In this document: positions 44,243 through 54,141 of the stretch, piece after piece
Layout of the letters: the number at the start of each line of letters is the position of its first letter
How positions within the stretch are numbered: the stretch's first letter is position 1
From: an uncultured Ruminococcus sp.
Lineage (GTDB): Bacteria; Bacillota; Clostridia; Oscillospirales; CAG-272
Length of the DNA: 64,000 nucleotides
Assembly: GCA_964430105.1 (NCBI GenBank)
Contig: CAYSEF010000004.1
Span: 6,091-70,090, forward strand
Direction: 5' to 3'
Position numbers and translations under genes: made by a program
The notes under the pieces: model-generated
Seen by the model: only the letters and a program-made list of their open reading frames with translations
Databases searched by the model: none
Told to the model about the DNA's origin: nothing

Positions 44243-46065
44243 TACGCATTCACCTCGCTTTCAGTGGAGTCAATGCCTGTTTGGATGTCGTTGATTTTCT
44301 TATAAATTCCGTTTTGTTTGATAAGCGAGTCGTGATTTCCTTCCTCAACGATATGACCGCCCGACATTACAATGATATTGTCAGCAGACATGAGGGTCTG
44401 AATTCTGTGAGATATCAGAATAACTGTGGAATCAGCTGTTTTTTCACGCAGAGCCTTACGGATTTTTGCATCGGTTTCGCTGTCAACTGCTGATAAGCTG
44501 TCGTCGAAAATCATTACAGGAGTATTCTGTGTGAGAAGACGTGCTATTGCAGTACGCTGTTTCTGACCACCTGATAAAGTTACGCCTCGTTCGCCTACCA
44601 TTGTATCATAACCGAGGGTAAAGTTTTCAATAGTTTCGTCAAGTGAAGCCGCCTGAGCCGCACGCTTGATTTCATCCTCGTGCTTGGTGGGGTCATCGAA
44701 TATTACACCGATATTATCACGCAGTGTACGGCTGAATAAAAACGGTTCCTGCAATACGATACCGATATTCTTTCTCAAGCTTGACGATTTTATTTTGCGG
44801 ATATCTTGACCGGATATAGTTATCGTTCCATTACCTTCCGGAAGATCATAAAGCTTGCAAAGAAGTGAAACGAGAGTCGATTTTCCGCTTCCTGTCATAC
44901 CGAGAATACCGACTGTTGAGCCTTTCGGGATAGTAAGATTTATATCGTGGAGAATTTCTGTTGAATTATCGTAACCGAAGGATACATGATCGAATACGAT
45001 ATCACCGGAGGGATCGCAGTCTACTGCACCATCGACATCTGATTCCTCAGCAGAGTTAATGATTTCTTCGATTCGTCCGATGGCAATTCCGGCTTTACTC
45101 ATTTCGGAGATAACACGTCCGAGTGAACGAACAGGCCATGTCAGCATCGAATTATAGGAGATTATAGCAATAAAATCACCTACAGTCATTTTACCCTGAA
45201 CACAGAATACAGTGCCGAGTATCAGCACGATCATAGACTGAAGTGCAGACAGAAGATCGCCTGAGGACCAGAACAAAGACATGAGAAAACCGAGCTTTAC
45301 CCATGAATCAGCATAAATATTGTTCTGCTTTGTGTATTTATCAACCTCGTATTTTTCACGTCCGAACGCACGAACGACACGAACACCGGTCAAATTTTCT
45401 TGAACGATAGACGAAAGTTTTCCTTCATCTTCGTCGCATTTGAGGAATCCGTTACCGATTTTTCCATGAAATATTGCCGAATACGCAACGATTATCGGGA
45501 TGGAAGCAAGTGCGATAGTAGCGAGTGTAGAGTTGATAGAATACATGAAGAAAAGCGAAAGGACGATAAGCATCACAGTGCTGATGATAGACGTAAGCTG
45601 TTCGGATAAGAAAGCCTTTACAGTTTCAACGTCGGATGTGCAGCGCTGGATAATATCGCCGGTTTGATTCTTCATATACCATGAGAACGGCAGATGCTCG
45701 ATATGTCTGAAAAGACGATTGCGCATATTCTCAACGAGAGTTTCCGAGCCTTTGCGGTTAAATACGGATTCACCATATTTACAAAGACCCATAAGAAGCG
45801 CCATAACAAGTATAGCTCCTGCAACAAACCAAAGATGCGAACGCAGATAAGAGGTTCCACCGATGGAATCGATAAATGTGTTTACAAAAGCAGGGAGAGA
45901 AGATGGTTCGCCACCAAGAACTGAGTCTACGGTAAAGCTGATTATCTTCGGGCAGATCAGCTCACATAGTGAAGCGAGCATTGAGGAGATGATACACAGA
46001 ACAAAAAAGTGCTTGCATCCCCTAAGAAAAGATAAAGAGAGAGAGATTTTTGAGTTTTTCTTCAT
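44242..46065 (-). CDS. ABC transporter ATP-binding/permease protein (partner half-transporter)
   Basis: 607 aa with Walker A GMTGSGKST, signature LSGGQKQ, and Walker B VMIFDDSLS. Its stop overlaps the downstream start (TAATG). Confidence 0.9.
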   Translation of the reverse strand: MKKNSKISLSLSFLRGCKHFFVLCIISSMLASLCELICPKIISFTVDSVLGGEPSSLPAFVNTFIDSIGGTSYLRSHLWFVAGAILVMALLMGLCKYGESVFNRKGSETLVENMRNRLFRHIEHLPFSWYMKNQTGDIIQRCTSDVETVKAFLSEQLTSIISTVMLIVLSLFFMYSINSTLATIALASIPIIVAYSAIFHGKIGNGFLKCDEDEGKLSSIVQENLTGVRVVRAFGREKYEVDKYTKQNNIYADSWVKLGFLMSLFWSSGDLLSALQSMIVLILGTVFCVQGKMTVGDFIAIISYNSMLTWPVRSLGRVISEMSKAGIAIGRIEEIINSAEESDVDGAVDCDPSGDIVFDHVSFGYDNSTEILHDINLTIPKGSTVGILGMTGSGKSTLVSLLCKLYDLPEGNGTITISGQDIRKIKSSSLRKNIGIVLQEPFLFSRTLRDNIGVIFDDPTKHEDEIKRAAQAASLDETIENFTLGYDTMVGERGVTLSGGQKQRTAIARLLTQNTPVMIFDDSLSAVDSETDAKIRKALREKTADSTVILISHRIQTLMSADNIIVMSGGHIVEEGNHDSLIKQNGIYKKINDIQTGIDSTESEVNA

Positions 46066-46185
46066 AAAAAATTACATAGGTGTCGTGCCGCCGTGGAGTG
46101 GTGACAGCGGTGTGGGTTGATTCTTTTTACGAGAAATGCGGCAAGAGAAATCACAGGCTATCTCTGTACCGCAAAGACCAAAGCC

Positions 46186-46214
46186 ATTATAACATTAAAT
46201 TAAATAGGAAGCAA
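46186..46214 (-). promoter_or_regulatory. Sigma-A type promoter for the ABC exporter operon
   Basis: On the minus strand: TTGCTT, 17-nt spacer, TATAAT, with TGT upstream. Confidence 0.5.
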
Positions 46215-46283
46215 GAGAGGTGTATTATCTGTAATATAATTGTAATATTATCGCAGTACTGTGTAGATTTAACATCAAATCAC

Positions 46284-46312
46284 TTGACAAAACGATGTTT
46301 ATAAGTCATAAT
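46284..46312 (+). promoter_or_regulatory. Sigma-A type promoter for the M16 peptidase gene
   Basis: TTGACA, 17-nt spacer, CATAAT. Confidence 0.55.
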
Positions 46313-46389
46313 AGAGTATAGTTGTGCCTATATCAACTTTACAGAAGATCAATATTGAAAGATGTAATATAAAACGAAAGGATCATATT

Positions 46390-49347
46390 ATGGCAAAAAA
46401 TGTAAAGAGCAGTGCAGAGCTTGTAAATAACCCTGCATATGAGCTTATGTATGAGGAATACCTCGATGATATAAAATCCGCAGGTATCGTGTACCGTCAT
46501 AAGAAGTCGGGAGCGAGAGTTTGTGTTATTTCAAATGACGATCAGAACAAAATGTTCTGTGCTGCATTCCGTACTCCTCCGGAAAATTCGACAGGTGTTC
46601 CGCATATCATAGAGCACTCTGTTCTCAACGGTTCTAAGAATTTCCCTTCTCGTGATCCGTTTATGCAGCTTATCAAAGGCTCACTCAATACGTTCCTTAA
46701 CGCAATGACATATCCTGATAAAACACTGTACCCCGTAGCTTCCTGCAATGATAAGGATTTTATGAACCTTATGAATGTATATATGGACGCTGTGTTCTAT
46801 CCGAATATCTATAAGTATCCACAGATATTCAGTCAGGAAGGTTGGCATTACGAGCTTGAAAACGCTGACGATGAGCTTATTATCAATGGCGTTGTATATT
46901 CTGAAATGAAGGGTGCTATGTCCTCTCCCGACAGTGCTATTTGGCACGCGATAGGAAAATATATGTTCCCCGATACTACATATGGCGTAAATTCCGGTGG
47001 TGATCCGGCGGTTATCCCTGAGCTTACATATGAGCAGTTTATCGACTTCCATTCCAGACTGTATCATCCGTCGAACTCATATATCTTTATTTACGGCGAC
47101 TGTGACATGGATGAACGCCTTGATTGGATGGATAAGAATTATCTCTCTAACTTCGATGTAATCGAGCCTAAGTCCGATATTTCACGTCAGAAGCATATCG
47201 GAAAGGCTGAACCCGTTCGCATTACAGATAAATATTCTGTTGGCATAAATGATGAAACAGAAGGCAAGGCATATCTCGCATTCTCCGTTCTGGGTGGTTC
47301 TAACCTTGATGTTCTTGAATGCAGAGCATGGTCTGTGCTGTCAAGTGTGCTTCTCAATTCCGATTCCGCACCTATTAAGAAAGCTCTCCGTGATGCAGGA
47401 ATAGGCGAAAATATCTATGGTGGATATGATTCTCACGCTATCGAGGATTCCTTCTCCATTGTCGCTAAAAATGCGAAAGCAGAAGATATCGATAAGTTCT
47501 ATAACATTATCATGGACACACTTAAAAAGCAGGTTGAGGAAGGAATAAGCGAAAAAGCTTTGCTTGCCTGCATCAACAGACGTGAATTCAGCTATCGTGA
47601 GGCTGATTACGGCGGAGAACCGAGAGGACTTGACTATGCGGCTGATATGCTCCAGTCATGGCTCTATGACGATAGTGCTGCTTTCTCATATATGCACGTG
47701 CTTGAAGATTATGCTGAACTCAAGAAGCGTATCGGCACAGGCTACTACGAAAACCTCATCAAGAAGTATATTTTTGAAACAGATCACTCTGTTCTGATTA
47801 CAATGCTTCCCGAACCCGGTCTTATCGATAAAAATAACGAGGCACTCAAGAAGAAGCTCGCTGATTATAAGGCATCTCTTTCTGCTGAAGAAATCGAAAA
47901 GATCATCGCTGATACAAAAGCATTGCGTGAATATCAGAGCCATGAGCCTACTCCCGAGGAGCTGAACTGCATCCCGTCCTTGAAGCGTACAGATATTCCT
48001 CGTGAAACAGTTCCGTTCTATAATGAAGAAAGAACTGTTGGCGGCGTAAAGACTGTATATCACGATATCGAAACAAATGGTATCACATATGCAAATATTT
48101 ACTTCGATTACGGCAAGCTTCCGCATGAATATGATCCTTATGTTTCAATTCTTAGCGATATAGTTGGCAGAGTAGATACTAAGGCACATACATTTGAAGA
48201 GCTTGATATCGATATGAAGCTGAATGTTGGTTCTTTGGGCTTCTGGTATACAAGCTTCGTTAAGCCGGGTACATTTGATGATTATAGACCGATGTTTGCG
48301 GCAGGAGTACGTGCACTTTCAAATCAGCTTGATTATGCTATGACAACTGTTGCTGAAATACTCACTGCAACAAAGCTTGAAGATACAGCACGTATTCGCA
48401 CTATCCTTACCGAAGTAAGAAACGGCAAGAAGCAGGGTATTATAAACAACGGTAATTCATGGGCTGCATCCAGAGCACGTTCGTATTTCTCAAAGCATGA
48501 AGTTTATAATCAGCATATGGGCGGAATCGACTTCTATCTCTGGCTGTGTGATCTGCTTGATAATTGGGATGAAAAGGCAACCGAGGTTACCGAAAATCTT
48601 AAGAAGGTTACAAATTATATATTCAATCCCGCAAATATCATTGTAAGCTTGGCGGCAGATGAAGCAGGCTATAAGGCATTTGAGCTTGCTCTCCCGAAGC
48701 TTACAGCAGAGCTTGATAAGCTGACACACGAATCTCTTGGCGAAGCAGAGGAATATGTTCCCGTTAAGAAGAATGAGGGTGTACTTATCCCTTCACAGGT
48801 ACAGTATGTTGCAAGAGTAGGTAATCTCGCATTTGATGATCTCACCTATTCCGGTGTATATCAGGTAGTAAAGACTGCCGTTAATACCGACTACCTCTAT
48901 CAGCAGGTAAGAGTTAAGGGCGGTGCTTACGGTGTAGGCTGTGGCTTTGGTAATGTGTCCGGAAATGTACAGTTCACATCGTATCGTGACCCTAAGCTGG
49001 CAGAAACCGACGAAGTTTATAAGGGAACAGGCGATTTCGTTCGTAACGTAAAGTTTGACGAGGCTGAACTCACAAAGTATATTGTCGGTACATTCTCAGC
49101 ATACGAAAGACCTATATCGAACTACGGAAAAGCAAGCCGTTCGTTTGACGCATATATCACCGGAAGAACATATGAGGATGTGCTGAAGGAACGTGCTGAA
49201 ATGCTTGATATCACAGAAGAACAGTTCCGTGCGACAGCTGACACATTCGATAAAATCTGTGCGCAGGGATATATCTGTACAGTAGGTAATGAAACAAAGC
49301 TTACCGAAAATAAGGATATGTTCGATAATCTTGTAGAGATAAAATAA
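46390..49347 (+). CDS. Insulinase family (M16C, PreP-like) metallopeptidase
   Basis: About 985 aa from the ATG at 46390. The inverted zinc motif HIIEHSVLNGS (HxxEH) and the downstream EMKGAMS are present. Confidence 0.88.
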   Translation: MAKNVKSSAELVNNPAYELMYEEYLDDIKSAGIVYRHKKSGARVCVISNDDQNKMFCAAFRTPPENSTGVPHIIEHSVLNGSKNFPSRDPFMQLIKGSLNTFLNAMTYPDKTLYPVASCNDKDFMNLMNVYMDAVFYPNIYKYPQIFSQEGWHYELENADDELIINGVVYSEMKGAMSSPDSAIWHAIGKYMFPDTTYGVNSGGDPAVIPELTYEQFIDFHSRLYHPSNSYIFIYGDCDMDERLDWMDKNYLSNFDVIEPKSDISRQKHIGKAEPVRITDKYSVGINDETEGKAYLAFSVLGGSNLDVLECRAWSVLSSVLLNSDSAPIKKALRDAGIGENIYGGYDSHAIEDSFSIVAKNAKAEDIDKFYNIIMDTLKKQVEEGISEKALLACINRREFSYREADYGGEPRGLDYAADMLQSWLYDDSAAFSYMHVLEDYAELKKRIGTGYYENLIKKYIFETDHSVLITMLPEPGLIDKNNEALKKKLADYKASLSAEEIEKIIADTKALREYQSHEPTPEELNCIPSLKRTDIPRETVPFYNEERTVGGVKTVYHDIETNGITYANIYFDYGKLPHEYDPYVSILSDIVGRVDTKAHTFEELDIDMKLNVGSLGFWYTSFVKPGTFDDYRPMFAAGVRALSNQLDYAMTTVAEILTATKLEDTARIRTILTEVRNGKKQGIINNGNSWAASRARSYFSKHEVYNQHMGGIDFYLWLCDLLDNWDEKATEVTENLKKVTNYIFNPANIIVSLAADEAGYKAFELALPKLTAELDKLTHESLGEAEEYVPVKKNEGVLIPSQVQYVARVGNLAFDDLTYSGVYQVVKTAVNTDYLYQQVRVKGGAYGVGCGFGNVSGNVQFTSYRDPKLAETDEVYKGTGDFVRNVKFDEAELTKYIVGTFSAYERPISNYGKASRSFDAYITGRTYEDVLKERAEMLDITEEQFRATADTFDKICAQGYICTVGNETKLTENKDMFDNLVEIK

Positions 49348-49363
49348 GTATAATGCAAACAAA

Positions 49364-49405
49364 ATGGGTGAATATCCGGAAAAATCGGATACCACCCGTT
49401 TTTTG
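49364..49405 (+). terminator. Intrinsic terminator after the M16 peptidase gene
   Basis: Composite stem gggtg-aa-tatccg / cggata-c-caccc followed by GTTTTTT. Confidence 0.7.
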
Positions 49406-49522
49406 TTGTTGAATATGATACCTTTGAATTATTGCCAATGCGATATTTTCTGAAACTGCTGTAATTTGAAGGAATCGCAGAAAAACATAATATTTTATTA
49501 TCGAAAAAACGATATTCACCGC

Positions 49523-49551
49523 TTGTCAATCTAACTCGAATATGCTATAAT
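49523..49551 (+). promoter_or_regulatory. Sigma-A type promoter for pyrE
   Basis: TTGTCA, 17-nt spacer, TATAAT, with TGC upstream (extended -10). Confidence 0.55.
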
Positions 49552-49590
49552 CATTGTGTAAAATAATATTATTATAAAAGGAGCATCATC

Positions 49591-50265
49591 ATGGAAGCAT
49601 ACAAGGCTGAATTTATTGAATTTATGGTACGTTCCGGCGTACTTCGCTTTGGAGAATTCAAGACAAAAAGCGGACGACTCTCCCCTTATTTTGTAAACAC
49701 AGGTAATTATCGTACCGGTGCACAGCTTTCAAAGCTTGGCGAATATTATTCTGATTGCATTATGGATGCAACAGGTGGAGATTTTGATGTAATGTTTGGC
49801 CCTGCATACAAGGGAATTCCGCTTGCCGCAACAGCTGCCGCTACTCTTTACACAAAATACGGTGTTGATAAGCCGTACTGCTTTGACAGAAAAGAAGCAA
49901 AGGATCATGGCGAGGGTGGCGTTTTCGTTGGTGCAAAGCTCGAAGACGGAAATAAAGTTCTCATTATTGAAGATGTTATCACAGCCGGTACAGCTGTACG
50001 TGAAACCCTTCCGAAGCTTCTTGGCGCAGCAAAGGTTGAGGTCAAGGACATGATTATTTCCGTAAACCGTATGGAGGTTGGCCCGTCAGGTAAGACTGCT
50101 ATTGATGATATCAAGGATGAATTTGGTATAACAGTTCATGCTATCGTAACAGTACGCGATATTATCGAGCATATGCATGGTCGTGAGATCGACGGACAGG
50201 TGCTTCTGACTGACGAAATTCGTGAAAAGATGGAAGCATACATGAAGCAGTATTGCGTTATGTAA
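49591..50265 (+). CDS. pyrE: Orotate phosphoribosyltransferase
   Basis: 224 aa with FGEFKTKSGRLSPYF and the PRPP motif VLIIEDVITAGTA. Confidence 0.9.
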   Translation: MEAYKAEFIEFMVRSGVLRFGEFKTKSGRLSPYFVNTGNYRTGAQLSKLGEYYSDCIMDATGGDFDVMFGPAYKGIPLAATAAATLYTKYGVDKPYCFDRKEAKDHGEGGVFVGAKLEDGNKVLIIEDVITAGTAVRETLPKLLGAAKVEVKDMIISVNRMEVGPSGKTAIDDIKDEFGITVHAIVTVRDIIEHMHGREIDGQVLLTDEIREKMEAYMKQYCVM

Positions 50266-50513
50266 TTTTCGTAAATTGCAAAGTGATACTATAGATATAA
50301 TAAAAAATAAAGGGCGTGTTGCATTACATTTAAGAATGTAATTTGAAACACGTCCTTTTTTTATAGCATGAGTATAGCTGTACTTTTTCTCCTTTAGCGA
50401 GGAGAAAAAATGCCAAAAAGAGTAACTTTTTCGATGTCCTGAGCGTTTTGAACTCTACCAACTTTTAGAAAAACCTATCAAAGCTTTTATACTTGCGACA
50501 GCTACTTTTTTTA

Positions 50514-52778
50514 TTAAAGCTTCGTTACAGTACAGCCAAGTGCTTTTGCTGCATCGGCTTCATCACGTCTGCAAGTGAAGATAAGATACTGTCCGTTGTC
50601 AAGCTGTCTGAAAATATTTTGTATTCTTGTTCCGTCAATGTGAGCAAAGCTTTCATCGAGTATGATAGTAGGTGATTCATTGCGGAATACTTCATTTGCC
50701 AGCGAAATTCTCAGCGCAATATATACAATATCGGCAGTACCTCGTGACAAATGCTCTGAATTTAGTATGTCATTACCGGACGCAAGACTTGCATTCCAGT
50801 TGCCATCAATTATCAGACGGTCATGAGAAGCTCCATTCGAGTTAGGATTCGTGAACACTTCAGAAAGCATAGCAGAGGCCTTGCTTGAAATTCTCGGGAT
50901 AACATTTGACCTCATTGATTCTCCGGCTTTTTCGAGTGCTTTTCCGGCAAGCTCCAGTGCATCATGGCGCAATGTCAGCTCATCTATTCTTTCGTCAAGT
51001 GCGGAAACCATCGTTGAAAGCTCTGCCGGAGTTCGGTTGAGTTTGCCCAGCTCCATAAGCTTTTCTTCAAGCACGCTTTTTCTTTTCAGTGCAGATTTCA
51101 GTGCATTTTCTGTGAAGTCACGTTCTTGTATGGCTTTTTTTACGCCTTCCGAATCGAGTGAGAGGGCGATTTTTCCATAAGGCTTTTCAGCCGCAGAATA
51201 TGCTTCAAGCTCAGCCTGTTTTATATCTATTCCGTCAAGCTGTTCTTCGAGTGCTTCAAGTCGTCCTCGATAGTGTATGATTTGCGATTTCATTGACTGT
51301 CGCTTGTCTGCAATGCCGTCGGAAATTGCATGGAGCTGTTTGATGGTTCGGTAAATATCGCCTGTTTTAGTAAGATGTGCGGATTCGGCAAGCTCAGCTA
51401 TGCGTTGTTCTGCCGCATCAAATCGAAGCTTGGCTGTTTCAAGTGAAGCGATCATCTGCTCACGTTCGAGTGCCATTGTTCTGCTATGGTCGAGAATACT
51501 CATTTTCTCCTGCACTGCATCTTCGATGTCGTCAGCTGATTCAGCATCCCATTCATCAAGCATAGAATCGAGAGTTTTCTGTGTTTTTGTATGCTTGATC
51601 ATGAATATAACGCCGATAGTCACAAGAATCAATGTCATCATCAGCGGGAAAATGTATGTATCAGTGTTGAAAAGGTACAGCATGAACGAAGCGCACATAC
51701 CGATAAGTCCCGATACGAGAAGTGCGATAGCGACAGAAAATTGTGTTTTTGAGGAAGAATTTATGTGTTGTATTTCCTCGATTATGCTGTCAGGATCAGG
51801 AAGATCGTCGGTTGCTCCGTCAAAATCTGTGATTTTTTCATCATAGAGGGCACATTCCTCATCGTAGGCACGAATATCACGCTCCGATTCGAGAAGCGAT
51901 TCTTCAAAGCCCTCACCGAGAGGAGAATTATTTAAGTCTGATAAGGATTTTTCCAGCTTTTCAATCTGAGCTTTTGTATGCTCCGCCGAAGATATCCTGC
52001 GACCTATCACTATTTTGTCGAGTGCCGAGAAAATTCCATCGTAACGCTCGCTTGCTTCTTCAAGCTCGGCAATTCGCTTTTTTATGTCATCAAGTGATGT
52101 GCTGACGGATAGAATTTCTGCTGTTTTTTCAGATGCCGGACGTATTTCTGCTGAAAGAGAAGCTCTTTTCGCTTTGAGTTCGCTTATCTCACCGCCGTTT
52201 TTGTTTTTGTGAAGCAGTTCACGACGTGTATTGTCAAGCTTGGCAAGTGCACGTTTTATATCCACATTTTCGTCAGCTGAAGTAAGCAGATTTTCTACAG
52301 CACTGCCTGATTTCGCCTGACCAACAGCTGAAAGCTCCGGCTTTGCTACAGAGGCTTGAGATAAAAAGCAGGTATTCACAAAAACATCAACCGGTACGCC
52401 AAAGAAATATTCGCCGGGCTCCTGACCGGTTATAACATCCCCCGTGGCTTGATTGATTATGCGAATCCTTTCTCGAGGAGATGAACCGTCAGATGTAATA
52501 AGAGCACGTTCAAGTCTGTAGAGAGTTCCGTCTTCTGCTTCGACCATGATGTATCCGGCGGCTTGTCCTGTCGTAGTATTTATGTAGCGCTGTCGTTCTG
52601 AAGGTAAATTTTTCGTTGTTTTGGATGAAAGTCCGTAAAAGATAAATTTGATGAACATCGCCATAGATGACTTACCGGATTCATTGACACCTTCGATGAC
52701 ATTCACGCCGTTTGAAAGCTCAATATCACGATCACGCAGTCCGCCAAAGGATACTATATGTAGCGATTTCAGTATCAT
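50514..52778 (-). CDS. SMC/Rad50-like AAA ATPase with a membrane hairpin at the coiled-coil apex (YhaN-like)
   Basis: 754 aa. The N-terminus has Walker A (GVNESGKSS). The C-terminus has a signature/Walker B region (IILDESFAHID). The long coiled coil is interrupted by two TM helices (VAIALLVSGLIGMCASFMLYLF and IFPLMMTLILVTIGVIFMI). Confidence 0.7.
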   Translation of the reverse strand: MILKSLHIVSFGGLRDRDIELSNGVNVIEGVNESGKSSMAMFIKFIFYGLSSKTTKNLPSERQRYINTTTGQAAGYIMVEAEDGTLYRLERALITSDGSSPRERIRIINQATGDVITGQEPGEYFFGVPVDVFVNTCFLSQASVAKPELSAVGQAKSGSAVENLLTSADENVDIKRALAKLDNTRRELLHKNKNGGEISELKAKRASLSAEIRPASEKTAEILSVSTSLDDIKKRIAELEEASERYDGIFSALDKIVIGRRISSAEHTKAQIEKLEKSLSDLNNSPLGEGFEESLLESERDIRAYDEECALYDEKITDFDGATDDLPDPDSIIEEIQHINSSSKTQFSVAIALLVSGLIGMCASFMLYLFNTDTYIFPLMMTLILVTIGVIFMIKHTKTQKTLDSMLDEWDAESADDIEDAVQEKMSILDHSRTMALEREQMIASLETAKLRFDAAEQRIAELAESAHLTKTGDIYRTIKQLHAISDGIADKRQSMKSQIIHYRGRLEALEEQLDGIDIKQAELEAYSAAEKPYGKIALSLDSEGVKKAIQERDFTENALKSALKRKSVLEEKLMELGKLNRTPAELSTMVSALDERIDELTLRHDALELAGKALEKAGESMRSNVIPRISSKASAMLSEVFTNPNSNGASHDRLIIDGNWNASLASGNDILNSEHLSRGTADIVYIALRISLANEVFRNESPTIILDESFAHIDGTRIQNIFRQLDNGQYLIFTCRRDEADAAKALGCTVTKL

Positions 52779-52793
52779 ATCGTTTCCTCCACT

Positions 52794-53915
52794 TTAGAAT
52801 GAGTTTTCGCCTGAAAGAGCTGAGAAGGCATATCGCAGTGCACGAAGACCGATCTCACGGGTTCTTTCATCGTCGGATTCGAGAGAAGCCTTAAGCTGTC
52901 TGTACACTTCGCCACGAATAGTTACATCAGTTTCAAGTGAAGCGAGATCAAGCTCCGGTTTTGTTGCGTCGGTTATTTTCAGCAAAAACAGTCCATCGCT
53001 GTCAGCTTCCAGTGCTTCTGTGTCGATAAACAGTGACGGATCGACAAAGCCTGTCAGCTTAAGCGATAATAAAGTGTCCTCTCCAAGCTTGTTTTCGCGG
53101 ATATAAGCAGAAATCGCCTCGGAAATATCGTTCATCGAGTAAATATCGTGCAGTGCAAGCTCACCCTTCTCGTAACGTCGCTTTGAGAATCGAACTCGCT
53201 TTATGGTTATGTCGGAACGACCGTTATTCTTGTCAATTTCTACCATGCAAGCACCCTTTGGGCCACATTCGTCAAAACCACGAGGCTCAAGGCATCCCGA
53301 ATAACACCATCTGCCATCAGGACCGGGGGCGGGAGGATTATGTATATGTCCGAGTGCAGTGTAATCAGCGCCGAAGGATATAAGCTGTTCGGCTGTGATA
53401 GGACAGTCGGTGTTATATGCTTTAACTCCGAGCATATCACTGTGACAAACCAGAAGATTCAAACGATTTTTGTCTGAAATTTCCAATCCGTCTATAGGAA
53501 CCTCGGTCATATTTGAAGAAGTAAAGCCAAATCCATAGACTGTTAAATTAAGCTCATCAATATCGACTGATGTTAATTTATCGTCAGTAAAGATGTGTAC
53601 ATTTTTGGGGAAGATATTCTTTCGCCAAACGCTTTTTTGAGTTGCAGGGTCGTGATTTCCGGGAGCGATGAAAACAGGCTTGCCGAAATTTTCAAATTCT
53701 CGACATAGCATCAAGATAGTTTCGCGTGTTACATTTTCATCGTCAAACAGGTCACCTGCAATCAGAATTAGGTCGGCAGAATTCATTTTTGCATATGTCA
53801 TCATTGAAGTAAAAGCGGCACGAAGCTCATTTCGGCGAATCTCCGCATGACGTGAATCAAGTGACGAAAACGGTGAATCGAGATGCACGTCCGCTGTGTG
53901 CAGGATCTTGATCAT
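52794..53915 (-). CDS. Metallophosphoesterase, SbcD/Mre11-like DNA repair exonuclease (YhaO-like)
   Basis: Motifs ILHTADVHLD, GDLFD, GNHD and GHIH are present. The start is probably MIKILHTAD at 53915; the ORF-track GTG at 53951 has no RBS. Confidence 0.8.
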   Translation of the reverse strand: MIKILHTADVHLDSPFSSLDSRHAEIRRNELRAAFTSMMTYAKMNSADLILIAGDLFDDENVTRETILMLCREFENFGKPVFIAPGNHDPATQKSVWRKNIFPKNVHIFTDDKLTSVDIDELNLTVYGFGFTSSNMTEVPIDGLEISDKNRLNLLVCHSDMLGVKAYNTDCPITAEQLISFGADYTALGHIHNPPAPGPDGRWCYSGCLEPRGFDECGPKGACMVEIDKNNGRSDITIKRVRFSKRRYEKGELALHDIYSMNDISEAISAYIRENKLGEDTLLSLKLTGFVDPSLFIDTEALEADSDGLFLLKITDATKPELDLASLETDVTIRGEVYRQLKASLESDDERTREIGLRALRYAFSALSGENSF

Positions 53916-54141
53916 TTGGGCAAAAATACTCCATTTTATTGATTTTATCACATTATATCATAAAGCGACGAAGTGTGCAATAAGATTTACGAAAACTGAG
54001 CAGGGTGCATTTTTCGTTGAAACAAGCTTTTTTAAGCAGAAGTAAATCGACCATTTCTTTTTATTAGATATTGCAAAACCCGTGCGGAATATGTTATAAT
54101 ATACCTTGGATTCATATCCTTATTGTTGGTGGTGATAATAA

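Noticed and set aside
46080-46304. A 74-aa plus-strand ORF in the divergent intergenic region.
   Set aside because: It has no RBS, and it overlaps the leader and promoter of the ABC operon and the promoter of the M16 gene.
50514-53951. The SbcCD-like pair read as an anti-phage defence system (Lamassu/Gabija/Wadjet-like).
   Set aside because: The gene order, sizes and membrane hairpin match the conserved YhaO/YhaN housekeeping-type pair of Firmicutes. No additional defence-type genes flank it. It is kept only as a moderate-interest observation.
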